Source: Azolla caroliniana (lineage: Eukaryota; Plantae; Polypodiophyta). Taken from it: 64,000 nucleotides of DNA. Made by a program: the position numbers and the translations under genes. Position 1 is the first letter of the stretch. The number at the start of each line of letters is the position of its first letter. The notes beneath the pieces are model-generated. The model made no database searches, was not told the origin of the DNA, and saw nothing but the letters and a program-made list of their open reading frames with translations. The stretch spans positions 16,120,001 to 16,184,000 of the forward strand of contig JBHGNT010000002.1 of NCBI GenBank assembly GCA_043228905.1. Direction: 5' to 3'. Of this stretch, positions 19,417 to 31,849 are shown in pieces.

Positions 19417-22400
19417 TGTTGAGAGTCGAACTCAACTTCCCATAGAGATAGGTTTCACACTAGCTCATGGACATACCAAGCTAGTTTTGTAAATAGTTGA
19501 AAGGGCATTTGCCCTAGCCTAGTTGGTACTTAAACCAACCTTTTTGTAACTTAGTTAATTGTTGGATGTAATATACAGTTTCTTGATATAATTCTCACTC
19601 TTGTCTCACGTGCACATACACTCACACACATATTCCTTCTGCTATACAAAATCACTCTTGATTCTTTTCATGGTATCAGAGCGTGTGGTAGCTTGATCCA
19701 ATCCCATCGCCTTCACGTGTGTCATGCTCAAGCTAGCAGGGAACCAATTGATCGCTACAGCAATGATTTTTGCACAGCTCACATCAAGAGTAGAAGAAGT
19801 TCGACAATGAACACCCAAATGGGAAGCGCTCTTCCTACCAAGAAGCTCGATAAAACAAACTTCGCATCTTGGGAGTACAAGGCATCAATACCTTGTCGGA
19901 CAAGGTTATTGGAGTTACATCAAGGGAGATCACGAAACGCAACCCAACCCAACACGCACCGACCACCTAGCATGGGAGCAGGCCGTGAGCCGTGTGTTAT
20001 ACTACCTTGCGTCATGTGTTCATGACCACATGGTAGGCTATATTCGAGATTCGAAAACACCAAAATAAGCTTGGGGAAATCTCAAGAATATTTTTGCGGC
20101 CAATACGGCTACACGAAAGCTCCAACTTCGACAAGAGCTAAACAACATGCAACAAAGGGACATGTCGATCACCCGCTATACCTTGAAGATCAAGGAGTTG
20201 TGCGATGCCCTCAGTTCGATTAATGTCGTAATCGACGATGACGAAATGATGCAAATATGCCTTGGCGGCTTGGCACCTTGATTCGGCATGATCAAATCAG
20301 CCATTCATGCGAGGGAGAAACCTCCTTCCTTTTTTGACCTTTAATCAATTCTGTTGATCGAAGAAAATCATGTTCGGCAAAGGAAAAATGTGCCTGATGG
20401 TCAAATGCTCTACTCACAGTCGGATGATAGAAGAGGATTTGGTCGTGGAAACAGAGGTCGGCTCGGACGAGGCTGACACAGTCAGCCGACCCAAGAGCGT
20501 AACTTCTATCAATGGCAAGGGGACAAAAATAGTCCCAGAGAGTTCGTTAGAAGGGGGAGCCACCTCGTCGGACCGAGTAATCGTAACAACCTGATCGAAT
20601 GTGGGTACTACGGAAAACTCGGCCACTTCGAAGAGGAGTGCCGGATGAAGAAGCGAGAGTCGGCTTCAACCAGCCGACAGCTCATGAACTAAGCATCGAA
20701 TTCCGACTACGATGATCGTAGCGGAATGTTCACGAATTATGCATCGAATTCTGACTATGATGATCATAGCGGAATGTTCATGATGAGGCACAAAGTGCAC
20801 TCAATGGCGACTCCAGGTGAAACAAGCACCACGCCCTCAGAAAATGTATGGCTTGTTGACTTGGGAGCATCCAACCACATGACGTCTCATGAAGATTGGT
20901 TTCGGGAATTACGAAAACCCGAACGTCCCGAATATGTCGAGACAGGCGATGACATGACTCATCCAATACAGCATATCGGGAATGTCCCATTCGGAAATGA
21001 TGGCAAACAAACCTACCTCAAGAACGTATTGCATGTTCCTACCATCACAAAAAACCTGGTCTCAATCGGCCAGATCGTCAAACAAGGTATGGAAGTACGA
21101 TTCAATAATGAAGGGTGCTTCATTGAAAAGGACGATCAAATCATAGCGCATGGTTGCCGAGAAGGCTGAATGTTCATCCTCGAATTAGAAGACGTGAAAT
21201 CGGCTATGTTCGCAAAAGGTCTTAAAGTCGAAACCGACTTGAAACTGTGGGCACATCAATCTTCAAAAGCTCCAGAACATGCAGTCAAAAGGAGTCGTAA
21301 TCGGACTCCCAACATTTACTGAGAAGGAGATTACGAGCATATGTGAGGCATGCCAGTTTAGAAAACAACACCTACATCCATTCCCGGGCGAGAGGAATGT
21401 GAGCAAAGGGATCCTGGATGTAGTACATTCAAATGTGTGGGGACTAGCTCCGACCGCAACATTCGGTGGTTGCCAATATTATGTCACGTTCATCGATGAC
21501 TTCTCCAGGTATACCTGGCTCTATCCGATTAAACAAAAGAGCAAAGTGTCGGCCACTTCCAAAGATTCAAAAACGAAGTCGAAAAAGCCATGAGTCGGCA
21601 CGTACGATGCCTTCGATCAGATGGAGGCAAAGAATACTTCTCGGACGAGTTTACAGCATATCTCCGAAAGGAAGGAATACGAGGAGAATTTTCATGTCGC
21701 CATACACCACAACAAAATGGTCTAACCAAACAGAAGAATCGGCACATCATAGAGGTTGCACGGGCAATGATGAATGAGAAGAACCTGCCGAAATCGTACT
21801 GGGCAGAAGCGGTGAACACGACCATATATCTTATGAACAGGTGTACAACCTTTGGGGTACACGACGTAACCCCTCATGAGAGGTTTTTGGAAAGAAGCCG
21901 GATTTATCACATGTCTGGATTTTCGACTCAATCGCCTACGTGCATATTCCCAACGAAACATAACAAAAGCTCGACCCGGAGTCAGAGAAATGTATCCTCG
22001 TACGGTACTCACTCGAACAGAAGGGGTACATGTGCTATAATCCCTCAACTCGAAAATATCGAGTGAGTCGAGACGTCGTTTTCGATGAGTCCACATCCTG
22101 GTACGCACCAGAGACAACTTCGACTCTGATTCCGCTCGACCCGGAATACACCGAAATAGAGATTGAAGCCGAAGATCGGCTCACACACATGTACGAAGAA
22201 AGCCCGATTATGACAAGGCTTAGTGGGCTACAAGAGCCTCCAAGCGATCAAAGCACATCTCGGCCGAGTTCGAAGCTAGACAAAGGGAAGGCGAAAATGC
22301 CAGAGTATGAAGACGATCACTTCGACGGCAACGAATCGACTCACTCCCTCGATAGTGAGCTTGAAGACCTTGACATCACGACAAATGGAGCGAAGAAGGC

Positions 22401-24144
22401 CTTTGTATCTGCAAACGAGAAGCTCCGCCGATCCACCTGTGAAAAGAACCCTGTAAGCCAATTCGGCTACAACGATTATATGGCACACCATTACGCCTTT
22501 ATGATGAAGGTAGCGTCAGTACGTGAACGGAAACACTTTCCGAAGCTGTAACAGATCCACGATGAGTCGACGCGATGAATGAAGAAATGCAAGCCCTGTA
22601 CAAAAACGAGACATGGGATCGTGTTCCTCACACTCCACACAAGAAAGCGATTGGTTGTCGATGGATTTACAAAGTGAAACACAAATGCCGACAGCTCCGT
22701 AAATCGCTTCAAAGCACGACTTGTCGCCAAAGGATATGCACAAATGCACGGAGTTGATTACGAGGAGACCTTTGCCTCGATGGCAAAGATGAAGATTGTG
22801 TGGACCGTAATTGCACTCGCAGCTGCGAAAGGATGGCATCTCCACCAAATGAACTTAAAGAACGCCTTCCTACAAGGCGAATTAGACGAGGAGGTGTACA
22901 TGATACAACCTCCTGGCTTCGAATCGCATACTCAGCTGAAAGTTGTGTGCCGACTCAAGAAGCCAATCTATGGCCTCAAGCAAGCACCATGTGCTTGGCA
23001 TTCGGAGATCACTCAGTATCTTCACCAAATCGGCTTTTGAATGTTGAAATCGGACAACTCCCTGTAATCTGAAATGAACTGCACAACCCGATTTTCATTA
23101 TCCTTTACGTGGATGATCTAGTAATCGGAGGAAAGGATCTAGCTGGGATCATTAAGGTCAAATCCCTCCTATCCGGCAGATTCGAAATGAAAGAACTGCA
23201 TGAGCTCCATTATTTTTTTGGCATCGAAGTAATTCGAACACCAATCGGGATATTGATGTCTCAACGACACTACGTTATCAACTTACTCTACAAGTTCAGA
23301 ATGACTGAGTGCAAACCCGTGGCTACCCCTCTCGACCAAAATCTCAAGCTCGATGTCGACTCGGGCACAGACGAGTGCAATCTAACTCAGTATCGACAAC
23401 TGATCGGCAACCTAATTTATCTCACCATCACACTACCCGATCTCAACTATTTAGTTGGCCTACTTAACCAATTCATGCAAAACCCACGAAATGATCACCT
23501 CGATTGCGCTAAGCGGATACTTCGGTATGTCAATATGACGATGGATTATGGCATCATGTATAAGTCGGATACGTTTATTCGACTTGAAGGGTACACAGAC
23601 GCAGATTGGGCCGGTTATAAGGCTGATAGACGATCCACTTCCAGATTCGTCTTCTCACTTGGTAGCGGAGAGATCTCTTGGAGCCGCAAGAAACAACCGA
23701 CAATTGCATTGTTGAGCACGGAGGCCGAATACAGGGGGGCGACAGTCACCCCATGCGAAGTTATCTAGCTCAAACGCATCCTGAAGGACCTAGGTGTTCC
23801 CATTACGGATCCAATTTGCCTCTTCTGCGACAACATGAGCAACATCTACCTCACTCGGAACCCCGTATTCCACGCGTGGACTAAACACATCAAAAGTGCA
23901 CTACCACTTCATTCGTGAGCGTGTTTAGGGCGGCAAAATCAATCTCCAACACATTAGTACGAACCTTCAAGTTGCTGACATCTTTATGAAGGCCTTGGGA
24001 GTCGACAAGCTCAGGAAATTCGCATTAGACCTCGGTCTCACAATCTCTACATTGCAGAGCTTGAGGGGGAGTACAACAACAACCGACACGGAAGCAACCG
24101 ACACGGAAGTAGCCGATCAGTTTATCGAAGCCGACCGGACTAGT
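19417..24144 (+). mobile_element. Decayed Ty1/copia element E (5' LTR 19417-19670, PBS 19671-19682, gag from 19807); lacks its own 3' LTR
   Basis: TGTTGAGAG...TTTTCA followed by TGGTATCAGAGC; MNTQMGSALPTKKLD; WLVDLGASNHM; YVDDLVI; GYTDADW. Related to D and H. Confidence 0.9.
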
Positions 24145-25162
24145 CGGATCAGATTGACAAAGCATCCCATGCCGAAGTGAAGGGGGAGTTTGTTAGGAAA
24201 CAGGTCCCTCCGGATGGGAAGGAGAGCATGAGTCGAACTTGAGTCGGAGGAACCAACAAGATGAAGGAGAATGAGCCAGATCAGTTGGATTCGATGAAGA
24301 AGCGAGATCGGATTCAGATTTGGATGGGATCCAGATAGGCATCTAGAAAAGGTTATATTTGTAAATAGGTTTTCTGTTGTGCCTATTTGGGCCAAATTTG
24401 TAATTAGCCCTAAAGTTGTATTAGTATATATACAACTAGGGAAAATCACTTCGGTTATGATGAATAGTTGTTGTTGGTAGTTGCCTCTGTAACTAAGAGA
24501 GTGAGAGACAGAGAAAGAAAGAAAGAAATATTAACGTCTTCTAAGTCCAAAATTTGGCCCATGAGACAATTGGTGTACAATAAAATAGGGTGTCTACCCA
24601 ATCATCGAAATACAAACAAAAATAAAAAAAGAGCATACGCTAAAAGTGTTCTAGTATTTGTACAAAACATGTTATGGTGTAACATATTCGATAAAGGAAA
24701 TGACTTTGTACTAGACCTAGTTTCATTTCCAACCAAGCCTCTCGAAAAGAAATGGGAGGTCAACGGGTTTCAGTGTGGTTATGGCCTGTGGTCCTAATGT
24801 AGAAGGTACCCCAACCATGGCTTCCAGGTGGTGTAGCTCACGTTCCCTTATTTTCTTAATTGCTTTTGCACCACGTCGAGTTGCTTTGAAACCCGACATC
24901 TGAGGGTGTTTAGTTCTCCTCCGTATTCGTCGGCCTGACGAAGAAGAACTCAAGGTTGTTGCCTTGTGGCTTCTTGTTGTACACCTTTCTCATATAGTGA
25001 TTCTGTTCGGAGTTTGTGGATTCCCGTGGTTTTTCCCATTTCGGGTTTTCCATGTTAAAACACTTGTGTCTCCCATTTTCGGTCTTTTGTTTCCTGTCAT
25101 TACAATCTTTGCACATGCATACGAATAAGTGAGAACCGGTTGTGGCCGATAGCATCCTCACA
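24145..25162 (+). mobile_element. 3' end of a B/F/J-family copia: last codons (HPMPK*), PPT and LTR 24191-25162 with an unassigned ~370-bp insert
   Basis: CATCCCATGCCGAAGTGAAGGGGGAG then TGTTAGGAAACAGGTCCCTCCGGATGGGA, the same start as the J LTR. U5 blocks CGTGGTTTTTCCC and GGTTGTGGCCGA. Confidence 0.82.
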
Positions 25163-25764
25163 CCCATTTGAGTATTCATGATTGTCGATATAAATTTTCT
25201 TCTTCTTTTTCTTCTCTCTTCGACACGAGCTATGTAGTGGCACTATGATAGCGATGAGCCGATTCTTCTTGAATCGTCGACATAGAACACAACACATGAG
25301 GATGGGCTAGATCAAGTTACCAAATCACTCTGATACCATGTAAAGAATCGAGAGAGATTCTATGCAACGGAATAGATTAAAGATGTGTGTTATGTGTGTG
25401 TGAAAGCGGAGAGAGGGGAGACACAAGATAGATAGGAAAATAGAATACTCAAGATGTATATTGACAAGGATAATATCATTACATGGAAGATTAACTGACA
25501 CTTACAAAGTAGGAGGAGGGTGCTTTATATAGGATCATCCTCTCACTAAGTCACTCACTCACTCTCTAGAATCTTGGGGAGTGGGGAATCTCCTTACTAT
25601 GTGTCATAGAGTGTAACTCCTATGACACATGAGTTATGTTACAAGACTCATTAACTATGTGTCATAGAATGTAACTCCCATGACACATTAGTTATGTTAC
25701 ATAGTGGTGGTGTACAACTCCCTGGTGAGTTCACACTAGGATGAGTTGAGCTTGATTCTCAACA
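25163..25764 (-). mobile_element. 5' stub of an E-like copia (LTR 25339-25764, PBS 25328-25338, gag start MNTQMG at 25179)
   Basis: Minus-strand LTR starts TGTTGAGAATCAAGCTCAACT; PBS TGGTATCAGAG; gag is truncated by the LTR ending at 25162. Confidence 0.85.
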
Positions 25765-26493
25765 ACTACCTTCGCCCCACCATTCTTGGCATATATAAGA
25801 TGATGTGCAGTTTGGTGGGGGTGGATGTTGTGATGTGGTATGCCCGAAGGTGGAAAACATTTGAAAGGGCAAAACTAGGGTAGCCATAGGTTATATATAA
25901 ATATAAACATAAAAATAAAAAGTAGAAGTAAATGGCTTAGCTGTTAGGGCCATTGATTCAGTATTGTTTGTGCAAAGGGGAATAATTGCATTTAACGCAA
26001 ATGTGCTAAACTCATGTGCTAAACCATGAATCTTCTCTACAATTGTCCAAGTGTGTGTGGGAAGTTTGGCGTGGCTTGGCGACCGCTTCACATATATTTT
26101 AGTCCCCACTACATTTGAGTCTCCACTTGGATTCAAGTCCCTACTCAAATTTGAGCACTCACTACGCCAGAGTCCCTACCCACGTTCGAGATCCTATTCA
26201 GATCCAAGTCCCTACACGTGTTCGAGATCTCACGCGGGTTTGAGTACCCTACTTAGACTTGGACTTGAGCCCCGAGTTATGTTTCTTCTATCCTCACTTA
26301 TGCGGCATAAGTTATGCCCATATGCAACCCTTCTTTCGTCGAATCTTCCATTTCACAATACTCCGCCAATCTAGACACTTGGAGTTATGATCAAAACCCA
26401 CACAATCTTTCTTCTCACGTTCTGTCTGAGGGGGTCTATTTGGCGTTTCGAGGCTACACTGAAATCACTACGAGAGGGTGGTGGTCTCTTCTT

Positions 26494-26508
26494 GGGGGGG
26501 GGGGGGGG
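26494..26508. repeat. Poly-G run (15 nt) upstream of MED27
   Basis: Directly visible. Confidence 0.9.
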
Positions 26509-26647
26509 CATAAGAAATGGTGGTTCTTCACTTGTTTGTGAGGAAAACATATATATATAAACAAACACGTGTGATTTTTGAGCACTGAGTGAGTTATAAA
26601 CCTTTTTTGGTGTTATTCTTCGTCTATTGCTATTCACAACATTTTAC

Positions 26648-26686
26648 TACATACATACATACATACATACATACATACATACATAC
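26648..26686. repeat. (TACA)n microsatellite in the MED27 promoter/5' UTR region
   Basis: About 10 perfect units. Confidence 0.95.
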
Positions 26687-26818
26687 TTTGGAGAGATGGG
26701 ACGAAGCCGTTAGATAGAGAGAGATACATAGTAAGTACATAGATACAGACAGACAGACAGTCACACACGCAGACATAGATACATACAGACCGATCGACCG
26801 GAGGTGTAGCAGAAGAAA

Positions 26819-27272
26819 ATGCACCATAATCAGCAGCCAAGCCCTGCGTTGTCTTCTCCGAGCACGGGTTTCTTCGCGGCCAGAGCTTCTCCTCTCTTCT
26901 CTCAGTCATCAGAGCAAATCGACCCGACACTAAATGTTGACACTTCGTCTGCACTAAATACAGCAAAAGTAGGAGTAGGAGGAGGAAGAAGAGATGGACA
27001 TGCTGATGGTGATAGTGATGGTGATGATGATGGACCGAAAGCTCCTCCCAAACAGCTTTCCCAGGCAATGGAATGTCTCTCCCACGCTCTCAAAGTTATT
27101 GCAGAGATTCGTCTTGGCTCTGATATACTCTTGGAAGCTCTGGAACGAGCTACGGATGTCAAATCTCAACTGATCTCTTCTTCTCCTGATTCTTCTCTTA
27201 AACAAGCAAGTGACTTTGTTGTCCGTACTACTGATGCCGTGGCTGCCTCTTTTGAAGAGCTTCGAGCTACTG
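26819..27272 (+). CDS. MED27: MED27 exon 1 (Mediator of RNA polymerase II transcription subunit 27; 7 exons, 459 aa total)
   Basis: APPKQLSQAMECL...VIAEIRLGSDILLEAL matches plant MED27 as I recall it (APPKQVAQAMERL...VIADIRLGADRILEA). Donor G|GTAAGT, phase 1. Confidence 0.9.
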
Positions 27273-28354
27273 GTAAGTTCATATACTCTGCTTCAAGAAC
27301 ATTTAAACACGAGATTAAGAAGGAACAGAGTCAGTTTTGAGTGTTTAGAAACCTGCATATCTTCGAGAATCTACCTTGAAAATTAAGAGGAAACAAATAA
27401 TTATATCTCATAAATTTCTCTTGGAGAATTAATCATGGAAGCTATATGAACGACATGTCATTCTGGTCTAATAGAATGAATCAGAGATCTATATTTCCTT
27501 TGATGCTCTATGGAGTACTGGAAAGTCCCCAAACCTTCTCAATATACAAATTGTTCTTGTAAAAGGGTTTATTAATGGTTGCCTATTCAAGCGTTAACCA
27601 TGTAATCATGAAGAAAATACTTTTTTTGTTCTTTGTAATTTACATATCTCTTGAAGAATGAGTAATGGAATTATGGAGGAAAAGAATTTTTTATCAAATA
27701 AAGGAATATTTTTTATCTAATGAAGGAAGTCTTATCTAATAAGAGTGTTTAGGTCCAGTCTATCTCAGATGCAGAAGATATATGAATACCCCTAACTTTG
27801 AATGTACAGCATTCATAAAAAAACAATTAACAAGCCAGCCAAGTTTCCTTTTCATAAGTTTTGGACAATATGACAATTTGGCAGAATTTAGCAGGAAACG
27901 TATATATTTCTATCATATTTTATTGGGTTAAAGTATATCTCCAACCAGCAAATTCAAAACTCGTCCATTATTGTAGGCATATTTTTCTGGTACACTGCTT
28001 TCAAACCAGTGGAATAATATGTTGCTAATTAAAGAAAATTATTGAAAAAAACATGGAAATATGAGCATTCAAGAAAGAACATTATCTAGTTCAACTAGAG
28101 TTGGTCTCAAAGATTTTTGAGTAACCATAAACCTGGACATTGTTAATAAGCAGTTATTACTGTTTCTTCCCTCTGAATTGCAGAATGGTTGCTTCATTGT
28201 TGCGTTGTTTGAAGAACCTATATTGTGTATCTGATAGAGACATTTCAGGATTAGAAGGGCTATTGGTTATGATTTACTTTTTCTAATAATTGGAAAGTAG
28301 GCAAATTTCTACAGAAGAACTGAATATTCCTTTTGGCTTATCACAACTTTCCAG

Positions 28355-28526
28355 GAAAAAAATTGGAGGCATTAGGAGTTTTAACTGGGGCACAACAACG
28401 TTTTGATGAGAAACATCCATGGGGTTTACAGGTTCCATTGATTTGCGCTGATGGTGCCATTGTTGCTTATTCTTGGAAACGGCAAATTGCAGGTCAAGCA
28501 GCAGCTTCGGCAGTGGAGAGAACTAG
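28355..28526 (+). CDS. MED27: MED27 exon 2
   Basis: CCAG| acceptor; GKKLEALGVL...WGLQVPLICADGAIVAYSWKRQIAGQAAASAVERT; donor AG|GTCCAC. Confidence 0.93.
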
Positions 28527-28741
28527 GTCCACATCATTTCTTTAACTCAAATGTTTCCATTTTGGCTATTTACATCTGCATCTAAACATGCTATTTGATG
28601 ATTTCAGGTGGGATTTTAGCCTCAAATTACCTCTTAATTTCATCTTCTTATTTTGGCAATGTCATGATAGCTAAATGTAAAATGTGTGGTTCAAATTATA
28701 TCGCAAGTGGAATAATGTCCCTTTGCTTTTGATGATTTCAG

Positions 28742-29126
28742 GCTAGCTTTGAAGGCATTTACAGAACAGAAGAGGCATTTTTTTCCACGTTTTGGAGAGA
28801 TGATTGATATACTTCCTGGTTTTCCAGCAGAGAAAAGGTCTAAGGTCGTGTGTGTGGATACACGTGCACCTGAGCAAGGAAAAGCTGATCAGAGCTCACA
28901 TGGATCGCTTCTCTGTCTCGTGAAGTCTTGGCAAACAGAAGTACCTGGAATGGTGATATCCGCTTTCACTAGGTTGAAAAGAAAACCATTACCCTTAGAT
29001 GCATCATCGCTGGAGAAAGCTGCCATTTTGGAGGTGACTTTCCCATCTGTCTTCAAAGTTGTAATATCCTTGTTTCCGTCTGGAAGTACAACTCCTGATG
29101 CAGTCTCCATGTACTCTACCGATGAG
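28742..29126 (+). CDS. MED27: MED27 exon 3
   Basis: TTCAG| acceptor; RLALKAFTEQKRHFFP...EVTFPSVFKVVISLFPSGSTTPDAVSMYSTDE; donor |GTGAGC. Confidence 0.93.
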
Positions 29127-29208
29127 GTGAGCTGAAACTGGCTGCACTTAGAATTGATTGAAACATACATCATCCATGTTCAAGTGTTTCCTTTCTATGC
29201 ATCCACAG

Positions 29209-29268
29209 ATATGTATTAATGCTCATTTAGGGAGCACAACTTCTCATGCTGTGTTTCGGCGAGTGTCG
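29209..29268 (+). CDS. MED27: MED27 exon 4
   Basis: ACAG| acceptor; 60 nt encoding ICINAHLGSTTSHAVFRRVS; donor |GTAAGG; keeps frame. Confidence 0.82.
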
Positions 29269-29352
29269 GTAAGGGATCAATGCTGAAGTTGACTTCTTAT
29301 GTGAACAATAAGCCTTTTTTTGTTACATTTAGCATTGTTAATATCCCTGCAG

Positions 29353-29427
29353 GAATGTGCAATGAGTGTGTTATATAAATTTGTTGAGCTAACTCATCCG
29401 TCAACTTCTGCACTTAATCTTCTACTG
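29353..29427 (+). CDS. MED27: MED27 exon 5
   Basis: TGCAG| acceptor; ECAMSVLYKF...SALNLLL; donor |GTAAGG. Confidence 0.85.
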
Positions 29428-31387
29428 GTAAGGCATATCTTTATACCTATTAAAGTGAGTAGGCTTTCCATTTTAGGATATTCATAACTGGATCCAATTA
29501 AAAACTCTCAATCTTCTACTGGTATATCTTTTTTGTATGTAATGTATTTATACAAAATCTTGGGATATAATTATGTCTTCTTAAACTGTGTAGCATTTAC
29601 ATTTTAGGAGATTAGTAAATGGTTCAAAGTAACACTTTCTGTCATTAAACAAGTTTCTTTTTGCTGAGTTCTCAATGATGATTGTACGAGCTGTATGAAC
29701 TCTCAGGTCTGGTGTTAGAAGAGAGGTAGGGGCCGAATTTTGTTAGAATGGAGCTGAACATATTTGATGACTCCAAAACTAGTGTATAGTTTTGCTCTAT
29801 GCTATTACAGAAGGTCAATCACTTTATGAAACCAAAAACTCATCTATTTTTTGCCTTATTTGCTCTTTTGTTTTGGAACACATTGTCACATGGGATGGAC
29901 TTTTTTAGTTCCTCATTTCTTGTTCCTTGTTATCTTCACTCCCTCCTACCATAATAGCGAAATGGGTACTTTAGTCATTTTTGTTGTGTGCCATTTGTGA
30001 AATGCATCTCATGATCCCAAGAAATTTCTATATCAAAACGATGCATCAACGTTAATGGGCTGTCCAACCTTGCTTGACAGCAATACACTATCAACCAATT
30101 CAGATGAGTCTCAGCAAAAAACAAATCAGTTCGCACCTGTAGAAATCATGATTTCAAGGCATCTTTCAACATTGGGGAGAAATCGATATCAAGAACAGTT
30201 GCCAGGAAAAAATAATATCAGATTAGAATGAAAAATGGAGATCTCTGACAAAGAACTAATTGAATTATGAAACCCTAAATATTTCATGCGGCTAATAGCA
30301 ATTCAAAGATGAGGGAAGCAAGGATACAGCCAAAGTGCGTCCTGAACTGACAAAATTGCTAGCCATTTCCTTTGCATTTCTTTTATGGAATTAGAAAAGA
30401 AAACTGTCACAACAAACTCCTAAATAAAAGTAGGAGTTTTTTCTTATCCTTTTGGATATGAAGCACACACTAAATACCAGGAATGCATTTGTGTCCTGTA
30501 CACATTGCACATATTTTCTTACCATTCCTCCAAGAAAGTTTCTGCTCAGAACGCCCAAGGCAAGTGTGGTTAAATTGTGCATATTATCTCAAATTCAAGT
30601 TTGGCAAGCCCCTCTAACCCTCAGGCTAGTTGTAACCAACTGGATTGTGAGAGGCTTCTGTCCTTTTGTTGCACCTAAGTAACATTAGATGATCTCACCT
30701 ATGAGGATGGTATAATCTACCAAACCCAATTTACTACAAAAAGAAAACCCAAATCAGCCAAAATTTGAGAGAAATTGTTGAAACTTTGAAAATGTTAGGT
30801 GTAAAGGCCTGTAGTTCACAAATTCAGTAGTTATTCGCACATGTGAACACATTGTTCACTTGGACAGGACACCTCCTTTTGTAATGTGAACACACCTTTT
30901 TTAGGGTTAACTTATATAATAACCTTTTTCTCGTGTACCAATTAAGGTGGTTGGGTACACCAAAAATCTGTGTCTCTACTCTCATCTGTACTACCAGTCA
31001 TGTTTGCTGAACATCATCCCTTAATAGCTGCGCCCTCAAACATCTCTCTTTACCTTTAATTGGTATCAGAGCCAAATTGCTTTCCTTTCATTTGATGCTG
31101 TTTTTCTTCAGTTTTCTTTCAATTCTTTTAGACCCTTTCCTATCTGTATTCTGTTCAATTTCTGAAGAAATCTGTGATAAATTTTGGGAGCAATGGCCTC
31201 CACGTCAACTGAGGTGAAAAACCTCTCTGAAATCAAGAGATTTGATGGAAAAGGTTTTGAATTGTGGAAAGAACGTATGTTGGGCATCCTCTTTTTGAGG
31301 GATTGTGAAGATGTTCTCGTGGAAAAGAAACCAGAGAGCATGGAAAATGATGCTTGGAACACTCTGAATAAGAAAGCCATTACATAT

Positions 31388-31849
31388 TGTTAATAATTAG
31401 GTAATTAACTAGGGCTAATTAGTGACTAATTATGTGAGTAGTTAAGAAGCAGAAGATTATGTGATATGTGTGCCTATGTGTGTGAGAGGAAGAGAAAGAG
31501 AGAAGAAGTTACACTTATGAACAATATTATAAATGGGGGATGATTAACAAGAGTAGCTAAAGACCTTTCCTCTATATTAATAAGCATCATCAAATACAAA
31601 AATACCCACAATGAGGTATATATACATCTCATGTGCAAAGGTGCACATGTGTGAGTAGAATATAGGTACAAAGGTGTAAGTCTTATATTAAATGAACATG
31701 GGAGTGGAGGATCTACAATGTATCCCACTCAAGTACAAAATCCTATTTAAGGGTTTAAGGTCAACACACTAACTAGATTCTATCTAGGTAACTACTAAGT
31801 TACGTGGTTAACTAAATGGCTAAACTAAGTTGAGCTTGATATCTCAACA
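31388..31849 (-). mobile_element. Solo LTR (462 bp) of an E-like copia inserted in the gag of the intronic element
   Basis: TGT...ACA with TSD CATAT on both sides; minus-strand start TGTTGAGATATCAAGCTCAACT resembles those at 19417 and 25764. Confidence 0.88.

Noticed and set aside
26100-26280. Degenerate AGTCCCTAC repeats upstream of MED27 as a gene or element
   Set aside because: Too degenerate; no termini or recognisable protein.
26819-27340. Single-exon 173-aa gene
   Set aside because: It is MED27 exon 1 read through the GTAAGT donor; homology continues at 28355.
29221-29231. TTTAG at 29230 as the exon 4 acceptor
   Set aside because: Breaks the frame; the CAG ending at 29208 gives an in-frame 20-aa exon of the expected length.
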